A DNA stretch of 44,770 bases. It comes from a virus (lineage: Duplodnaviria > Caudoviricetes). The stretch is taken from positions 1 through 44,770 of IMG/VR virus record IMGVR_UViG_3300005611_000055; one strand, 5' to 3'. A model generated the notes under the pieces. The model had not been told where the DNA came from. It saw nothing but the letters and a program-made list of their open reading frames with translations, and ran no database searches. Of this stretch, positions 1 through 9,207 are shown piece after piece (the first letter of the stretch is position 1; every line of letters begins with the position of its first letter). Position numbers and translations under genes: made by a program.

Positions 1-77
1 GAAGCCCTCGGACTCACCGTGGACGAGGTGTCCGCAGTCTTCGGAGTCTAACAATGGCACGGCTGTACGAGTCGTCC
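1..77. repeat. Terminal direct repeat, identical to 44694-44770; probably a circular-assembly overlap
   Basis: First 77 nt match the last 77 nt exactly. The repeat cuts through a gene, and 77 is a common assembler k-mer size. Confidence 0.92.
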
Positions 78-1607
78 ACCGACTACGAAGAAAACGTAAC
101 CTACGCAGGCGACACCCTTGCCTCCGACCGGTACGACTCCGAAGCCGACTACGACCGTGTAACCGTCACCTACGAAGGCGCAGTCTCCGCAGGCGCATTT
201 AACGGATACGCCAGCACAACTGCCACATACCGCAGCAGTCTTGGTTACAACGGCGGCGCACTATTTCAACGAACTGCAACATCTGCTGGTGTTGGGGGAT
301 CGTCAACAACACTTGTTATCACCCGTGTCCGCACGTCTACCGGATCAGGAACCGGCACATCGTCTGCGCTGTGGCTCAACACCATCCCGCGTTCCGCTAC
401 CGGCACAGGTAACGGTGCGTCAGGCGGCGGAGCAACCGGATTCACTACCGTGTTCCGCACCAGCACAGCGGCAGGTACAGGCGCATCGTCCAGCGTTTAC
501 GTACACACCAACAACCGTGCTGCTTCTGGTACGGGTGCAGGCACACACAGCATCGTGTCCGCCAAAACCATTCAGATGCAGCTCATTGACTACGGGCGTG
601 GCCGTTCTGTCACCGTCAAACTTACGAGCCGGACACGCACTAGCAGCGGGGTAGGCGAATCGTCTACAATTGCTGTCAGGAGATTACGTAAAATGGCACG
701 ATACACTGTTAACAATGTGATTGAACGGGTGCGCCGTCAGTTGAACTCGTCGTTGCGTCACGAATTCAACGTGCTGTCTGTGTCAGCCAGCCAGTCCGAC
801 ACGACGTTTACGTTGCAATACGATTTAACTCCTGCTGTTCGCGCCGGAGCAATCCTCAGCATTGGTTACGAACTGTTGCGTATCACCGATGTAAACGCCA
901 GCCTTAAACAAATCACGGTGATTCGTGGCTGGCATGACTCGCCAACCGAATCGCACGCAGCCGGTGACGAACTATTAGTCAACCCGCGTTTCAGCAGGTT
1001 CGACATTTTTGATGCGCTTATTGACGAGCTGGCATCATGGGAAACTGAACTGTACCGTGTTGTCTCTTACCAGTGGACGGTCACTGAGGATCAGGACACC
1101 ATTGAAATCCCTGCCGATTATCAGGATGCTGTCGGTTTGGTGCAGGTATACCGGCGGTGGGAAACGTCTGATTCGACCGCATGGCCGTCAATTAAGTTTC
1201 GTTTACAGCGTGGCGTGGTCGGGGGATGGGATGCAGTCACCGCTTCCGGTCTGCTGATTCGTTTAATTACAAAGAACAATTATGTTCCGGCAGGCAAAAT
1301 TCATGCGCTGATTGCTTTGCCGTTTGACATTGCCGAACCGTTATCCGAGTCGTCAAACCTTGTCAGCATCCTCGGACTGTCAGCGTCACAGGTTGATCTG
1401 TTGGTGCAAGGAATCAAACTGCGGTTGTTGTCCGACGACGAAAACATTCGCGGTTCACGGCTTGGGGCCGACTCGTCCCGCATGGACGCAATCAATCCTG
1501 TCAACGCCACTACGGAAATGGTGCAGACTGCACGAGCTAATTACATTCGCAGGTATCAGGAAGAAGTTACGAAACTGCGTGCACGCTACCCAATGAAAGC
1601 GTGGTAA
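54..1607 (+). CDS. Virion protein: N-terminal Ser/Thr/Gly repeat region in frame with a head-tail adaptor-like domain (likely internal start at 693)
   Basis: 517-aa ORF with repeats R-x-x-x-x-x-G-x-G. A second ATG at 693 (MARYTVNNVIERVRRQL) has AGGAG at 678-682. Lies directly upstream of the nozzle-like gene. Confidence 0.6.
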   Translation: MARLYESSTDYEENVTYAGDTLASDRYDSEADYDRVTVTYEGAVSAGAFNGYASTTATYRSSLGYNGGALFQRTATSAGVGGSSTTLVITRVRTSTGSGTGTSSALWLNTIPRSATGTGNGASGGGATGFTTVFRTSTAAGTGASSSVYVHTNNRAASGTGAGTHSIVSAKTIQMQLIDYGRGRSVTVKLTSRTRTSSGVGESSTIAVRRLRKMARYTVNNVIERVRRQLNSSLRHEFNVLSVSASQSDTTFTLQYDLTPAVRAGAILSIGYELLRITDVNASLKQITVIRGWHDSPTESHAAGDELLVNPRFSRFDIFDALIDELASWETELYRVVSYQWTVTEDQDTIEIPADYQDAVGLVQVYRRWETSDSTAWPSIKFRLQRGVVGGWDAVTASGLLIRLITKNNYVPAGKIHALIALPFDIAEPLSESSNLVSILGLSASQVDLLVQGIKLRLLSDDENIRGSRLGADSSRMDAINPVNATTEMVQTARANYIRRYQEEVTKLRARYPMKAW

Positions 1608-1610
1608 TTC

Positions 1611-3518
1611 GTGGCCGAAATCACTCATCGGCTGTATCCGGCCACACCGTTTCTTGAAGGCCAGTTAGGGTTAACGCCGTCCGCGTCTGGACCGTTCGAC
1701 ACTTACGTCCGGAACCCACCCAAAACCGTTTTTTTGAACGGACAGATTTACAGTGTTGAGTTAGAAAACTATCGGCACTCTGGTTTGCCGACGTTACGTG
1801 AAGGTGTGGTGCTGTCAGAAACCCCGTCGGACACGTTGTTTAACCCGAATGGTGGATGGTGGCGTTACCGGTACGACTGGTCACACGGCGCAGGCCAGCT
1901 ACGTTTAGATCTTGGCGACACCGACGACAAACGTTTTTACACGTCATCAAACATTGATCCGTGGGACGAAGACACTTTACGGTTACAGCCGAGCGTCACG
2001 GAAATCCTTGACACATCGGCCACTTTAACGAAGCCCGTTATGCTCAACCAGTTCGGCAATCTAGTGTATGCCTGCAACGGTGACCGAATCTGGGAATTTG
2101 ACAACGACCTTGCACCCACAGCACTTGTCACATCAGGCATTGCTAACGTCAAAGCATGGGACTTTGACGGCACCTACATTTGGGCCATTTCTGACAGCAC
2201 TTTGTACAAAATCACGTTAGCCGGAGTTGTTACTACTGAGGCTACGGCTACCGGCACGTTTAACAGCGTGACGTTTACTGGCGCAAACCTGCTGGTGTCA
2301 GAAGACAACGTGCTAAAAGAATACATTCCAGCTACCACCAGCTTCACCGACATTTACACGCATTACAACACCGAGTTCGTGTGGACCACCGTGTTCAACA
2401 TTGGCTCCAAAATTTATGTTGGCGGGTACGCATACAACACCAGCAGCCTGTTTAACATGACCACCACAACTGGTGGTGCGCTTGCTATCTCTAACCAAGC
2501 TGCATCATTCCCGAAAGACGAAAAACTGTACGGTGGTGCAGGATACGGCGGCTCAGGCATCCTCTACAGCAACCACGGCATCCGATTCGCAACAGTAACC
2601 GGCGACGGATCACTCACCTACGGACCGCTGATCGCCACGAACGGTCCGGTGCTTGCCATCGAACCGCAAGGCGAATACGTCTGGTTCAACTGGCAACGCG
2701 ACGACGACCTCATCGAACTAGCACGACTGTCACTCACCACATTCACCGACACACTGTTACCGGCATACGCAGGCGACATCAAAACCGACATTGCCGGAGT
2801 TAACTGTCGAAGCATCGTACGATTCGCAGCACAAGGCACCACACCATCCGGTGTCGGCGCAGCAACACCTTATGAAGATTACCAAACCCTGTTTACCGAC
2901 ATTCAAGGCCGAGTGTACGCATCAAATCGCGACGGATACCAAACGTCCGGCGAACTGCACTCCGGCGAAATCTATTTCGGCACGGTCGAAGACAAATCAC
3001 TCAACGAAATCAACATCAAATTCTCACCACTTGTTGCAGCAAACAACGAAAAAGTTATTGTCGAAGTACACACCGATCAGCTAGTTGGTTCATACAGTGC
3101 TGAGGGTGACGGCGAAACAAACATGACCATCTACGGTGCAGGTATCGAATTTGATCACATGCATCTTGTGTTGAAATTAGAAAGCGACGGCACGTCAACT
3201 CCTGCTGTCCACCAGTTCCGTGCGAACGCTTCACCCAAACCGCCAGCCGTACAGCAATGGATAGTCCCGTTGATTGTGGCTCAACGCGTCATTATTGGCG
3301 ACGGGCAAGGCGAATACTACAACTACGACCCGTGGACCGAACTAGAAACCATCAGAAAAGTGTGGCAAAATAAAGATGTTGTGATTTATCGTGAAGGAAA
3401 TCACGACTACAGAGTACGAATCGATAACTTTGCGGTACAGCCACGCAAATGGGATGACGTTGGCAACTGGCTAGAAGCAATGATCACCGTTCAACTACAC
3501 AGCGTGGGAACATTATGA
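1611..3518 (+). CDS. Tail nozzle / tail tubular protein B-like (beta-propeller)
   Basis: 635 aa, beta-rich with blade-like repeats and a DWSHGAGQ motif. Position between adaptor and fibre fits podovirus gene order. Confidence 0.6.
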   Translation: MAEITHRLYPATPFLEGQLGLTPSASGPFDTYVRNPPKTVFLNGQIYSVELENYRHSGLPTLREGVVLSETPSDTLFNPNGGWWRYRYDWSHGAGQLRLDLGDTDDKRFYTSSNIDPWDEDTLRLQPSVTEILDTSATLTKPVMLNQFGNLVYACNGDRIWEFDNDLAPTALVTSGIANVKAWDFDGTYIWAISDSTLYKITLAGVVTTEATATGTFNSVTFTGANLLVSEDNVLKEYIPATTSFTDIYTHYNTEFVWTTVFNIGSKIYVGGYAYNTSSLFNMTTTTGGALAISNQAASFPKDEKLYGGAGYGGSGILYSNHGIRFATVTGDGSLTYGPLIATNGPVLAIEPQGEYVWFNWQRDDDLIELARLSLTTFTDTLLPAYAGDIKTDIAGVNCRSIVRFAAQGTTPSGVGAATPYEDYQTLFTDIQGRVYASNRDGYQTSGELHSGEIYFGTVEDKSLNEINIKFSPLVAANNEKVIVEVHTDQLVGSYSAEGDGETNMTIYGAGIEFDHMHLVLKLESDGTSTPAVHQFRANASPKPPAVQQWIVPLIVAQRVIIGDGQGEYYNYDPWTELETIRKVWQNKDVVIYREGNHDYRVRIDNFAVQPRKWDDVGNWLEAMITVQLHSVGTL

Positions 3519-4522
3519 GCTACATCCAGAAATCATATGTCGGAGCGGCACCAACCCGCACACTGTCAACTGCGATCAGTGCAGGTGACACCAGCATTGT
3601 TATTAACTCTGGCACGGACTGGCCGGACGGTGCGTCATACCCGTTTGTTATTGTTATCAACCGAGGCAACGCTACTGAGGAAAAGATTCTTGTTACGTCC
3701 CGCTCAGGCATCACGCTTACTGTTAGCAGCCGCGGCTATGACGACACGACTGCGGCTTCGCATGGTGTCGGTGAAACCGTTGAGCATGTGTTAGATGCTC
3801 AGACGATTGCGCAGGCTAACCGGTACGTAAACTTGCAGACTGCTAAAGCGCAGCTTGTTTCTCATAACGGCACCAACGCCACTGTTCTTGCTGCGCCAGA
3901 TATGACTGGTACGGATGACGGCAAAGTGTTGCTGGTTGATTCGACTAATGCGGTTGGTTTTGCGTACGGTCAGGTAGACACGGCAGGTATCGCTAACGAC
4001 GCGATCACGATTGACAAGGTTGCTGACAACGCTGTCGATACCGCCCAGTTAGTGACGGGTGCTGTGACCTCAGACATTTTGGATAGCAACAGTGTTGCAA
4101 CAAACAAGATTCAGAACAGTGCTGTCACCACGGCAAAGATTGATCCAACCGTGTTGGCTCAGTTCCCGCAAGGCGTTGTTGCTGTTGACTCGTACAGCAA
4201 CACCGCTGTCACAACTGACACAGAAGTTTCTAGCGTCACGTTCACGGCTGTGTCAGGCCGACAGTATTCTGCGTCAGCCATCATCAAATACGACGACAGC
4301 ACCGCCGCAGGACAATACCGTGCATCCATCGAACTTGGTGGAACAAAGGTATTTACGGTAACCGAACAACATTACAGCACCAGCCACGCCGCCACGTTCA
4401 GCATCCGTTGGCTGTTTACTGCATCCGGTAGCACCACCGTCAAACTGTTAGGCACAACTGTTGCAGGCGGCACCATGTACGCCGGACAGTTCGTTGTCGA
4501 AGACGTTGGCCTAGTCCCCTAA
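3515..4522 (+). CDS. Tail fibre protein
   Basis: 335 aa with ~10-aa repeats (IANDAITIDK, VADNAVDTAQ, IQNSAVTTAK) and a beta-rich C-terminal domain; ATGA overlap with the upstream gene. Confidence 0.7.
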   Translation: MSYIQKSYVGAAPTRTLSTAISAGDTSIVINSGTDWPDGASYPFVIVINRGNATEEKILVTSRSGITLTVSSRGYDDTTAASHGVGETVEHVLDAQTIAQANRYVNLQTAKAQLVSHNGTNATVLAAPDMTGTDDGKVLLVDSTNAVGFAYGQVDTAGIANDAITIDKVADNAVDTAQLVTGAVTSDILDSNSVATNKIQNSAVTTAKIDPTVLAQFPQGVVAVDSYSNTAVTTDTEVSSVTFTAVSGRQYSASAIIKYDDSTAAGQYRASIELGGTKVFTVTEQHYSTSHAATFSIRWLFTASGSTTVKLLGTTVAGGTMYAGQFVVEDVGLVP

Positions 4523-5128
4523 CGGAATGTACCGCAATGGAGTCTGCCCATAACACGGGTAGCCAGCCGCCCGATCCCACGGCCCTAACCCGCAGCCCTC
4601 CATCAACACACTTGCTGCATGAACACTGCCTTCAACCGTGGACATGTAATCTTCGGGGAAACCAATTGCATCCCAAGAACGAGCAAGAGCACCATAACGA
4701 TTGACTTGGAACACTCCGTATGATAAATCACGGGTGTCAGGGTTATCGTTTACAACATGGGAACAGCGTGACTCACGCCACATAATATGCTCAACCTCGT
4801 CAAATTCTATGCCGTACTTATCAAGCAACGGTTCCCACGACTCACAGTCATGATCGGTCGGCGTAAGTTCCGCTGCTCGCATAGCTTCTGTCGCTGCAAC
4901 CAACTCTTTGATAACGGCACTGTCCCTGAACGGCTCCGTTGTGGATGTTGCAGCCATCACAGGGACTTCTGTAGTTGTGCTTGTGTTCACCGGTAAAACA
5001 AACGGTTCCGTAGTAGTTGTTGTAGACGGGGGAATTAATTGTAAAGCGACCGGCTGACTGTCCTTGCTTGCGCAAGCCGAAACCACTACAATGCATAAGC
5101 ACGCAAATGTCTGTATAGTTACTCGCAT
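4511..5128 (-). CDS. Lipoprotein with lytic transglycosylase (SLT/lysozyme-like) domain
   Basis: Lipobox-like VVSAC, Thr-rich linker, catalytic-type motifs IMWRESRC...SYGVFQVN...GLGPW; AGGAG RBS upstream. Confidence 0.7.
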   Translation of the reverse strand: MRVTIQTFACLCIVVVSACASKDSQPVALQLIPPSTTTTTEPFVLPVNTSTTTEVPVMAATSTTEPFRDSAVIKELVAATEAMRAAELTPTDHDCESWEPLLDKYGIEFDEVEHIMWRESRCSHVVNDNPDTRDLSYGVFQVNRYGALARSWDAIGFPEDYMSTVEGSVHAASVLMEGCGLGPWDRAAGYPCYGQTPLRYIPLGD

Positions 5129-5149
5129 ATGTCGCTCCTAAAGGTAAAC

Positions 5150-5371
5150 ATGAAACGGCTCAAAGATATTGGCAAACGAATCGTTGCAACATTTGCTGCC
5201 GCCGCAATCCCGAACATTGCAGTCGGCAGTGTTATTGAGGTCAGCGCATTTAAAGCTGCTGTCATGGCTGGTGCAGTCGCTGTGATTGGCGTGGTCGAAG
5301 CGTTAGCACAAGCATACAAAGACGGCACGTTAACGAACGCCGAAATTGACGAAGCGTTCGCAGAGGGCTGA
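5150..5371 (+). CDS. Holin-like membrane protein
   Basis: Two hydrophobic segments, directly upstream of the endolysin; AAGG before ATG 5150. Confidence 0.65.
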   Translation: MKRLKDIGKRIVATFAAAAIPNIAVGSVIEVSAFKAAVMAGAVAVIGVVEALAQAYKDGTLTNAEIDEAFAEG

Positions 5372-5372
5372 C

Positions 5373-6899
5373 ATGGGTAGACCGTACACCGGATGGGACG
5401 GCAAGGCAACCGGACCGGTGACAGGCATGGGTTGGCGCACTTTCATTGACATCTCGAAATGGCAGGGGACAGTCAACTTTGTTACGATGCGGAACTCCGG
5501 TGTTGACGCTCTGTACATGCGAGCGTTTCAAGGTGTGAACCGTGATGTTCGTGTTGATGAATATGCGAGCGGTGCCAATGATCACGGCATCCCGTTCGGC
5601 ATCTACATCTACTGGCGACCCGAACACGACTACGACCGGCAGATCACCCAGTTCGTTGAAGCCCACAGGGATCTTGGTGCGTCATTGATTCCGATGCTTG
5701 ACATTGAGCATCACGATGACAAGACACCAGAGGAAATCGGTAAGCAGGTGACAAGAGCCGTTGTCGATATTGAACGGTTGTTGAATGTCACTCCGGTTAT
5801 TTACACGGCAGGATGGTTTTGGAATCCTCGTGTTCGTGGCGCTGATGTTTCACGTTGCCCACTGTGGCTTGCCCGATACACACGAGGCAAACCGCCAGTG
5901 AATCCTGCCGACTGGCCCGAGTTTGCTATGGCTCGACCGGAGCCTGCGATTCCGTCGGGCGGTTGGTCGTCGTGGGACGCATGGCAGTTCTCGGCAGACG
6001 GCAATCATGCCGGTCGGACGTATGGTGCGTCATCGTCGCATCTTGATTTGAACATTCTGCGTGGCGAATCATGGGGTAAATTTGTTGTGTCGGAAACAAC
6101 GGCAGCACACTGCGAGCCGGAACCAGATATGGAGAACGAAATGAGTCGCCGGTACACGGGTTGGGATAAGGATTCTTCCGGTAAGCGTGCCGGTTTAGAA
6201 AAGCTTGTCGATCTGTTAGAAGAACATTTTGGTGTGTTCAATAATGGAACGTTTGGAATAAGGAACAAACGTCAGAAAAGCAGCCCCTCTGTGCATGGAA
6301 CGGGGCGCGCGGCAGACTTATCTTGGCGTGGTGGAAGCTATCCCGGCACTGGGCGTTACGAAGACGCACACCGGATGATGGATTTCTTGACTCGGCCTGA
6401 TGTTGCTGAAGCATTTGAACTTGAAGCAGTGTTTGATTATTGGAATCATTACGGGCCGCACGGACGCGGCTGGAAATGTGACCGAAACGCGTGGAAAATT
6501 TACGGAAGTAAACAGTTTGCTGGTGTTCCCGGCGATTGGGTGCATATCGAAATCTCAAACCGGTATGCGGACGACCCTCTGTACATCAATCATTGGTTCC
6601 TCCACCTCATCGGTGACGAAAAAGTTACCGCACCAGCACAGCCACCCGCACCTGAACCCGCCGCAGAAGCCAAACCAGAGCCGTATCCGGGCACCCCAGT
6701 GCGACGCGGAGCACGAGGCCGCATCGTCAAACTGGTGCAAGAAAAAGTTGGAGCTTACGTAGACGGCGACTTTGGACCCAAAACCGAACAGTCAGTCAAA
6801 GACTGGCAATCACAGAACCGCGACCCGAAACGGGACCGACCGCTCCATGTAGACGGCATCGTCGGACCCGTCACGTGGCGAAGCATGTTTCACGGGTGA
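5373..6899 (+). CDS. Endolysin: GH25 muramidase + M15-like Zn peptidase + peptidoglycan-binding domain
   Basis: IDISKWQG, LDIE, WQFS and DLN motifs (GH25). SVHGTGRAADL...VHIE (M15-like). VDGDFGPKT...WQ...DGIVGPVTW (PG_binding_1). Confidence 0.88.
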   Translation: MGRPYTGWDGKATGPVTGMGWRTFIDISKWQGTVNFVTMRNSGVDALYMRAFQGVNRDVRVDEYASGANDHGIPFGIYIYWRPEHDYDRQITQFVEAHRDLGASLIPMLDIEHHDDKTPEEIGKQVTRAVVDIERLLNVTPVIYTAGWFWNPRVRGADVSRCPLWLARYTRGKPPVNPADWPEFAMARPEPAIPSGGWSSWDAWQFSADGNHAGRTYGASSSHLDLNILRGESWGKFVVSETTAAHCEPEPDMENEMSRRYTGWDKDSSGKRAGLEKLVDLLEEHFGVFNNGTFGIRNKRQKSSPSVHGTGRAADLSWRGGSYPGTGRYEDAHRMMDFLTRPDVAEAFELEAVFDYWNHYGPHGRGWKCDRNAWKIYGSKQFAGVPGDWVHIEISNRYADDPLYINHWFLHLIGDEKVTAPAQPPAPEPAAEAKPEPYPGTPVRRGARGRIVKLVQEKVGAYVDGDFGPKTEQSVKDWQSQNRDPKRDRPLHVDGIVGPVTWRSMFHG

Positions 6900-6902
6900 C
6901 AC

Positions 6903-7100
6903 ATGGACTGGCTCGTACCAATACTTGTCGCAGTAATTGGCGGGCCAACAATGTGGTTGCTTCACCGATTAGAACGCAACAACTCAGACCAACATCGCAA
7001 TAACCTTGACACGCTTCACCGCATTGAAGGTAAGGTGGAAAACGTGCAGGAACAAATGACCAGCCACATTGAATGGCACATGGACCAGACAGACAAGTGA
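6903..7100 (+). CDS. Small membrane protein of the lysis cassette
   Basis: N-terminal TM segment (MDWLVPILVAVIGGP) plus a coiled coil, directly after the endolysin. Confidence 0.6.
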   Translation: MDWLVPILVAVIGGPTMWLLHRLERNNSDQHRNNLDTLHRIEGKVENVQEQMTSHIEWHMDQTDK

Positions 7101-7840
7101 AGATACTTGTTCTGGACATAGAAACCAGACCCAACATGGCGTACGTGTGGGGACTTTGGGATCAAAACATTGGCCTCAACCAAATCATTGAGACTGGCAC
7201 TGTCATCAGCTTCGCCGCTAAATGGTATGGCAAAAAGAAAGTTCATTTTTACAGCGACTACCACGACGGCCACGACAACATGATCAAAGCTGCATGGAAC
7301 ATGATTAACGACGCTGATGCAGTAGTTCACTTCAACGGCAAAGCGTTCGACATCAAACACTTAAACCGCGAGTTCGTTCTTGGTGGCTTGCACCCACCTT
7401 CACCACACAAAGACATCGACCTGCTGTCTATCGTCAAACAACGATTCAAGTTCGCGTCAAACAAACTGCAACACGTCAGTCAAGAACTTGGCATCGGAAG
7501 CAAAGTTCAACACGACGGTTTTGATCTGTGGGTACGGTGCATGGCAAACGACGACAAAGCATGGAACATGATGCGTCGTTACAACCGGCAAGACGTAGTG
7601 CTTACCGAACAAGTGTACGAACGTTTGCGACCGTGGATAAGAAACCATCCGAACGTCAACATTGGAACAAGCCGACCTGACGCGTGCCCCACATGTGGCT
7701 CCGACCATCTCCACGCGAGAGGCACCGCATCAACAAACATTGCGATCTACCAACGTTGGCAATGCCAAGCGTGCGGCGGCTGGTTCAGAAGCAAAGACCG
7801 TCTGTTAGACGAAACATCCCACATGCGGAATGTGTCATGA
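7097..7840 (+). CDS. DnaQ/RNase H-like 3'-5' exonuclease with C-terminal Zn ribbon
   Basis: LDIET, HFNGKAFD and YNRQDV DEDD motifs; CPTC...CQAC; GTG start overlapping the previous stop. Confidence 0.85.
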   Translation: MKILVLDIETRPNMAYVWGLWDQNIGLNQIIETGTVISFAAKWYGKKKVHFYSDYHDGHDNMIKAAWNMINDADAVVHFNGKAFDIKHLNREFVLGGLHPPSPHKDIDLLSIVKQRFKFASNKLQHVSQELGIGSKVQHDGFDLWVRCMANDDKAWNMMRRYNRQDVVLTEQVYERLRPWIRNHPNVNIGTSRPDACPTCGSDHLHARGTASTNIAIYQRWQCQACGGWFRSKDRLLDETSHMRNVS

Positions 7841-8016
7841 AACCTCGGCATGTCATCGCCGCACTCATCACACCATTCATAATTTTGTCACTTGTAGACG
7901 GCGCAATGATTCTGATCGGACTTATCGCACACCGCAACGTGCAAGAACGCCGACGTAACCATCCGTCATACGGCAACATGGTACGCGAATACGGCTACCA
8001 ATACCGCGAACCTTAA
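7837..8016 (+). CDS. Small membrane protein
   Basis: ATGA-coupled 59-aa ORF with a hydrophobic N-terminal half. Confidence 0.5.
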   Translation: MKPRHVIAALITPFIILSLVDGAMILIGLIAHRNVQERRRNHPSYGNMVREYGYQYREP

Positions 8017-8321
8017 AGATTCCAAATCTTTGCGTCATACGCAGCACGCGCAGCAACTCTATTGTTGTTCCGCAAATAGGTGATGCGTTCTAAATGGGAC
8101 CAGCCACCCCAAATACCAAACAACTCAAACTGCTCATGCAAATCCAACGAATACTCACGACACTCGTGCATCACCGGACACGACGCACACACCTCGCGAG
8201 CTTTCTTAATTAGCAACGGCTGATGACGAGGCGGAAAAAAAATATCTATCGAACTGCCACGACATTCCGCATCATCAAAAAAATCAGGACGCACGCTGCT
8301 TCTCTTTGCGGCGCTGCTCAC
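8013..8321 (-). CDS. whiB: WhiB-family Fe-S transcription regulator
   Basis: C...FF...CxxCPV...C...GIWGG signature; start could also be GTG 8294. Confidence 0.92.
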   Translation of the reverse strand: MSSAAKRSSVRPDFFDDAECRGSSIDIFFPPRHQPLLIKKAREVCASCPVMHECREYSLDLHEQFELFGIWGGWSHLERITYLRNNNRVAARAAYDAKIWNL

Positions 8322-8601
8322 GACGCTTCTCCCGATGGGCGGCTAAACATGCTTCACACTGTTTTTCTTTGCGACGACGATGCCAATGATAACCGGCTGT
8401 GGTTCCACACCTACCACTGTAGTCGTCAAGGTTCCCATCAATAAACTCTAGCGGCAACAACTTTACGTCAACCTGCTCGGCATTGGCGTTCACAGGGCCA
8501 GACGGCAATGACCGTCCAGTAGCTTTACGGTACGCTTTACGTGCAAGAGCATCCATTTTCTGGCACGCCGCATACGACCAGTCAAACTCTGCATCTGACA
8601 T
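8284..8601 (-). CDS. Hypothetical Zn-binding protein (CGT..GY..H....C..C motif seen in actinophages)
   Basis: CGTTAGYHWHRRRKEKQCEAC; AAGGA RBS. Confidence 0.65.
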   Translation of the reverse strand: MSDAEFDWSYAACQKMDALARKAYRKATGRSLPSGPVNANAEQVDVKLLPLEFIDGNLDDYSGRCGTTAGYHWHRRRKEKQCEACLAAHREKRREQRRKEKQRAS

Positions 8602-8612
8602 TCCGTATCCTT

Positions 8613-8618
8613 TATACT
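8613..8618 (+). promoter_or_regulatory. -10 box TATACT of a leaderless promoter
   Basis: TATACT lies 6 nt before ATG 8625, with no SD sequence. Confidence 0.55.
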
Positions 8619-8624
8619 AGATAT

Positions 8625-8891
8625 ATGGCAAGTAAACCAGACCCAAAATTAAAACGAGCCGGTGTCTCGGGTTACAACAAACCGAAACGGCTGCCTGCTG
8701 GTAGCAGCAAGAAGTTTATCGTGGTCGCAAAGCAAGGCAACACTACAAAGACAATTCGGTTTGGTGATCCCAAGATGACAATTAAAAAGGATCAGCCTGC
8801 GCGCCGCAAATCATTTCGTGCACGACACAAATGCGACAGTAACCCGCCGTCTAAACTTACTGCTCGTTATTGGAGCTGTAAAAAGTGGTAG
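8625..8891 (+). CDS. Conserved small basic phage protein
   Basis: 88 aa, K/R-rich; RFGDP.M...RRKSFRARHKC...ARYWSC motif recalled from aquatic phages. Confidence 0.75.
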   Translation: MASKPDPKLKRAGVSGYNKPKRLPAGSSKKFIVVAKQGNTTKTIRFGDPKMTIKKDQPARRKSFRARHKCDSNPPSKLTARYWSCKKW

Positions 8892-8979
8892 CGATCTTGG
8901 CTGGCTGTCACCGGCAAAGGACATCGACCCCCGCCTAGAAAGGATAACAAGGCAGGTCGCCAGCCATGTCAATGTTACG

Positions 8980-9207
8980 TCACGGCACCACAACAGTCCA
9001 AGTGCCATCCTGATTCTTAGTGACCCGACCCGGAATCTGATATCCGAAATCGTAACCTTCCATCCACATCCGGGCAGCACGTTGTTCCGCCACAACTGAT
9101 GCGTGACACGCTGCCTCATGCGTATCGTAATAGTACCAACTAACTTTTGCTCCAACACGCGTAAACACAGGCGGTGGAAACTGGCCCGGAGCGGTCTTAA
9201 TCGTCAC
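8980..9207 (-). CDS. Hypothetical protein
   Basis: 75-aa ORF coupled to the RuvC-like gene, GAGGA RBS. Confidence 0.6.
   Translation of the reverse strand: MTIKTAPGQFPPPVFTRVGAKVSWYYYDTHEAACHASVVAEQRAARMWMEGYDFGYQIPGRVTKNQDGTWTVVVP

Noticed and set aside
1-77. Biological terminal repeat
   Set aside because: It is exactly 77 nt and cuts through coding sequence, which fits an assembler overlap better than true genome ends.
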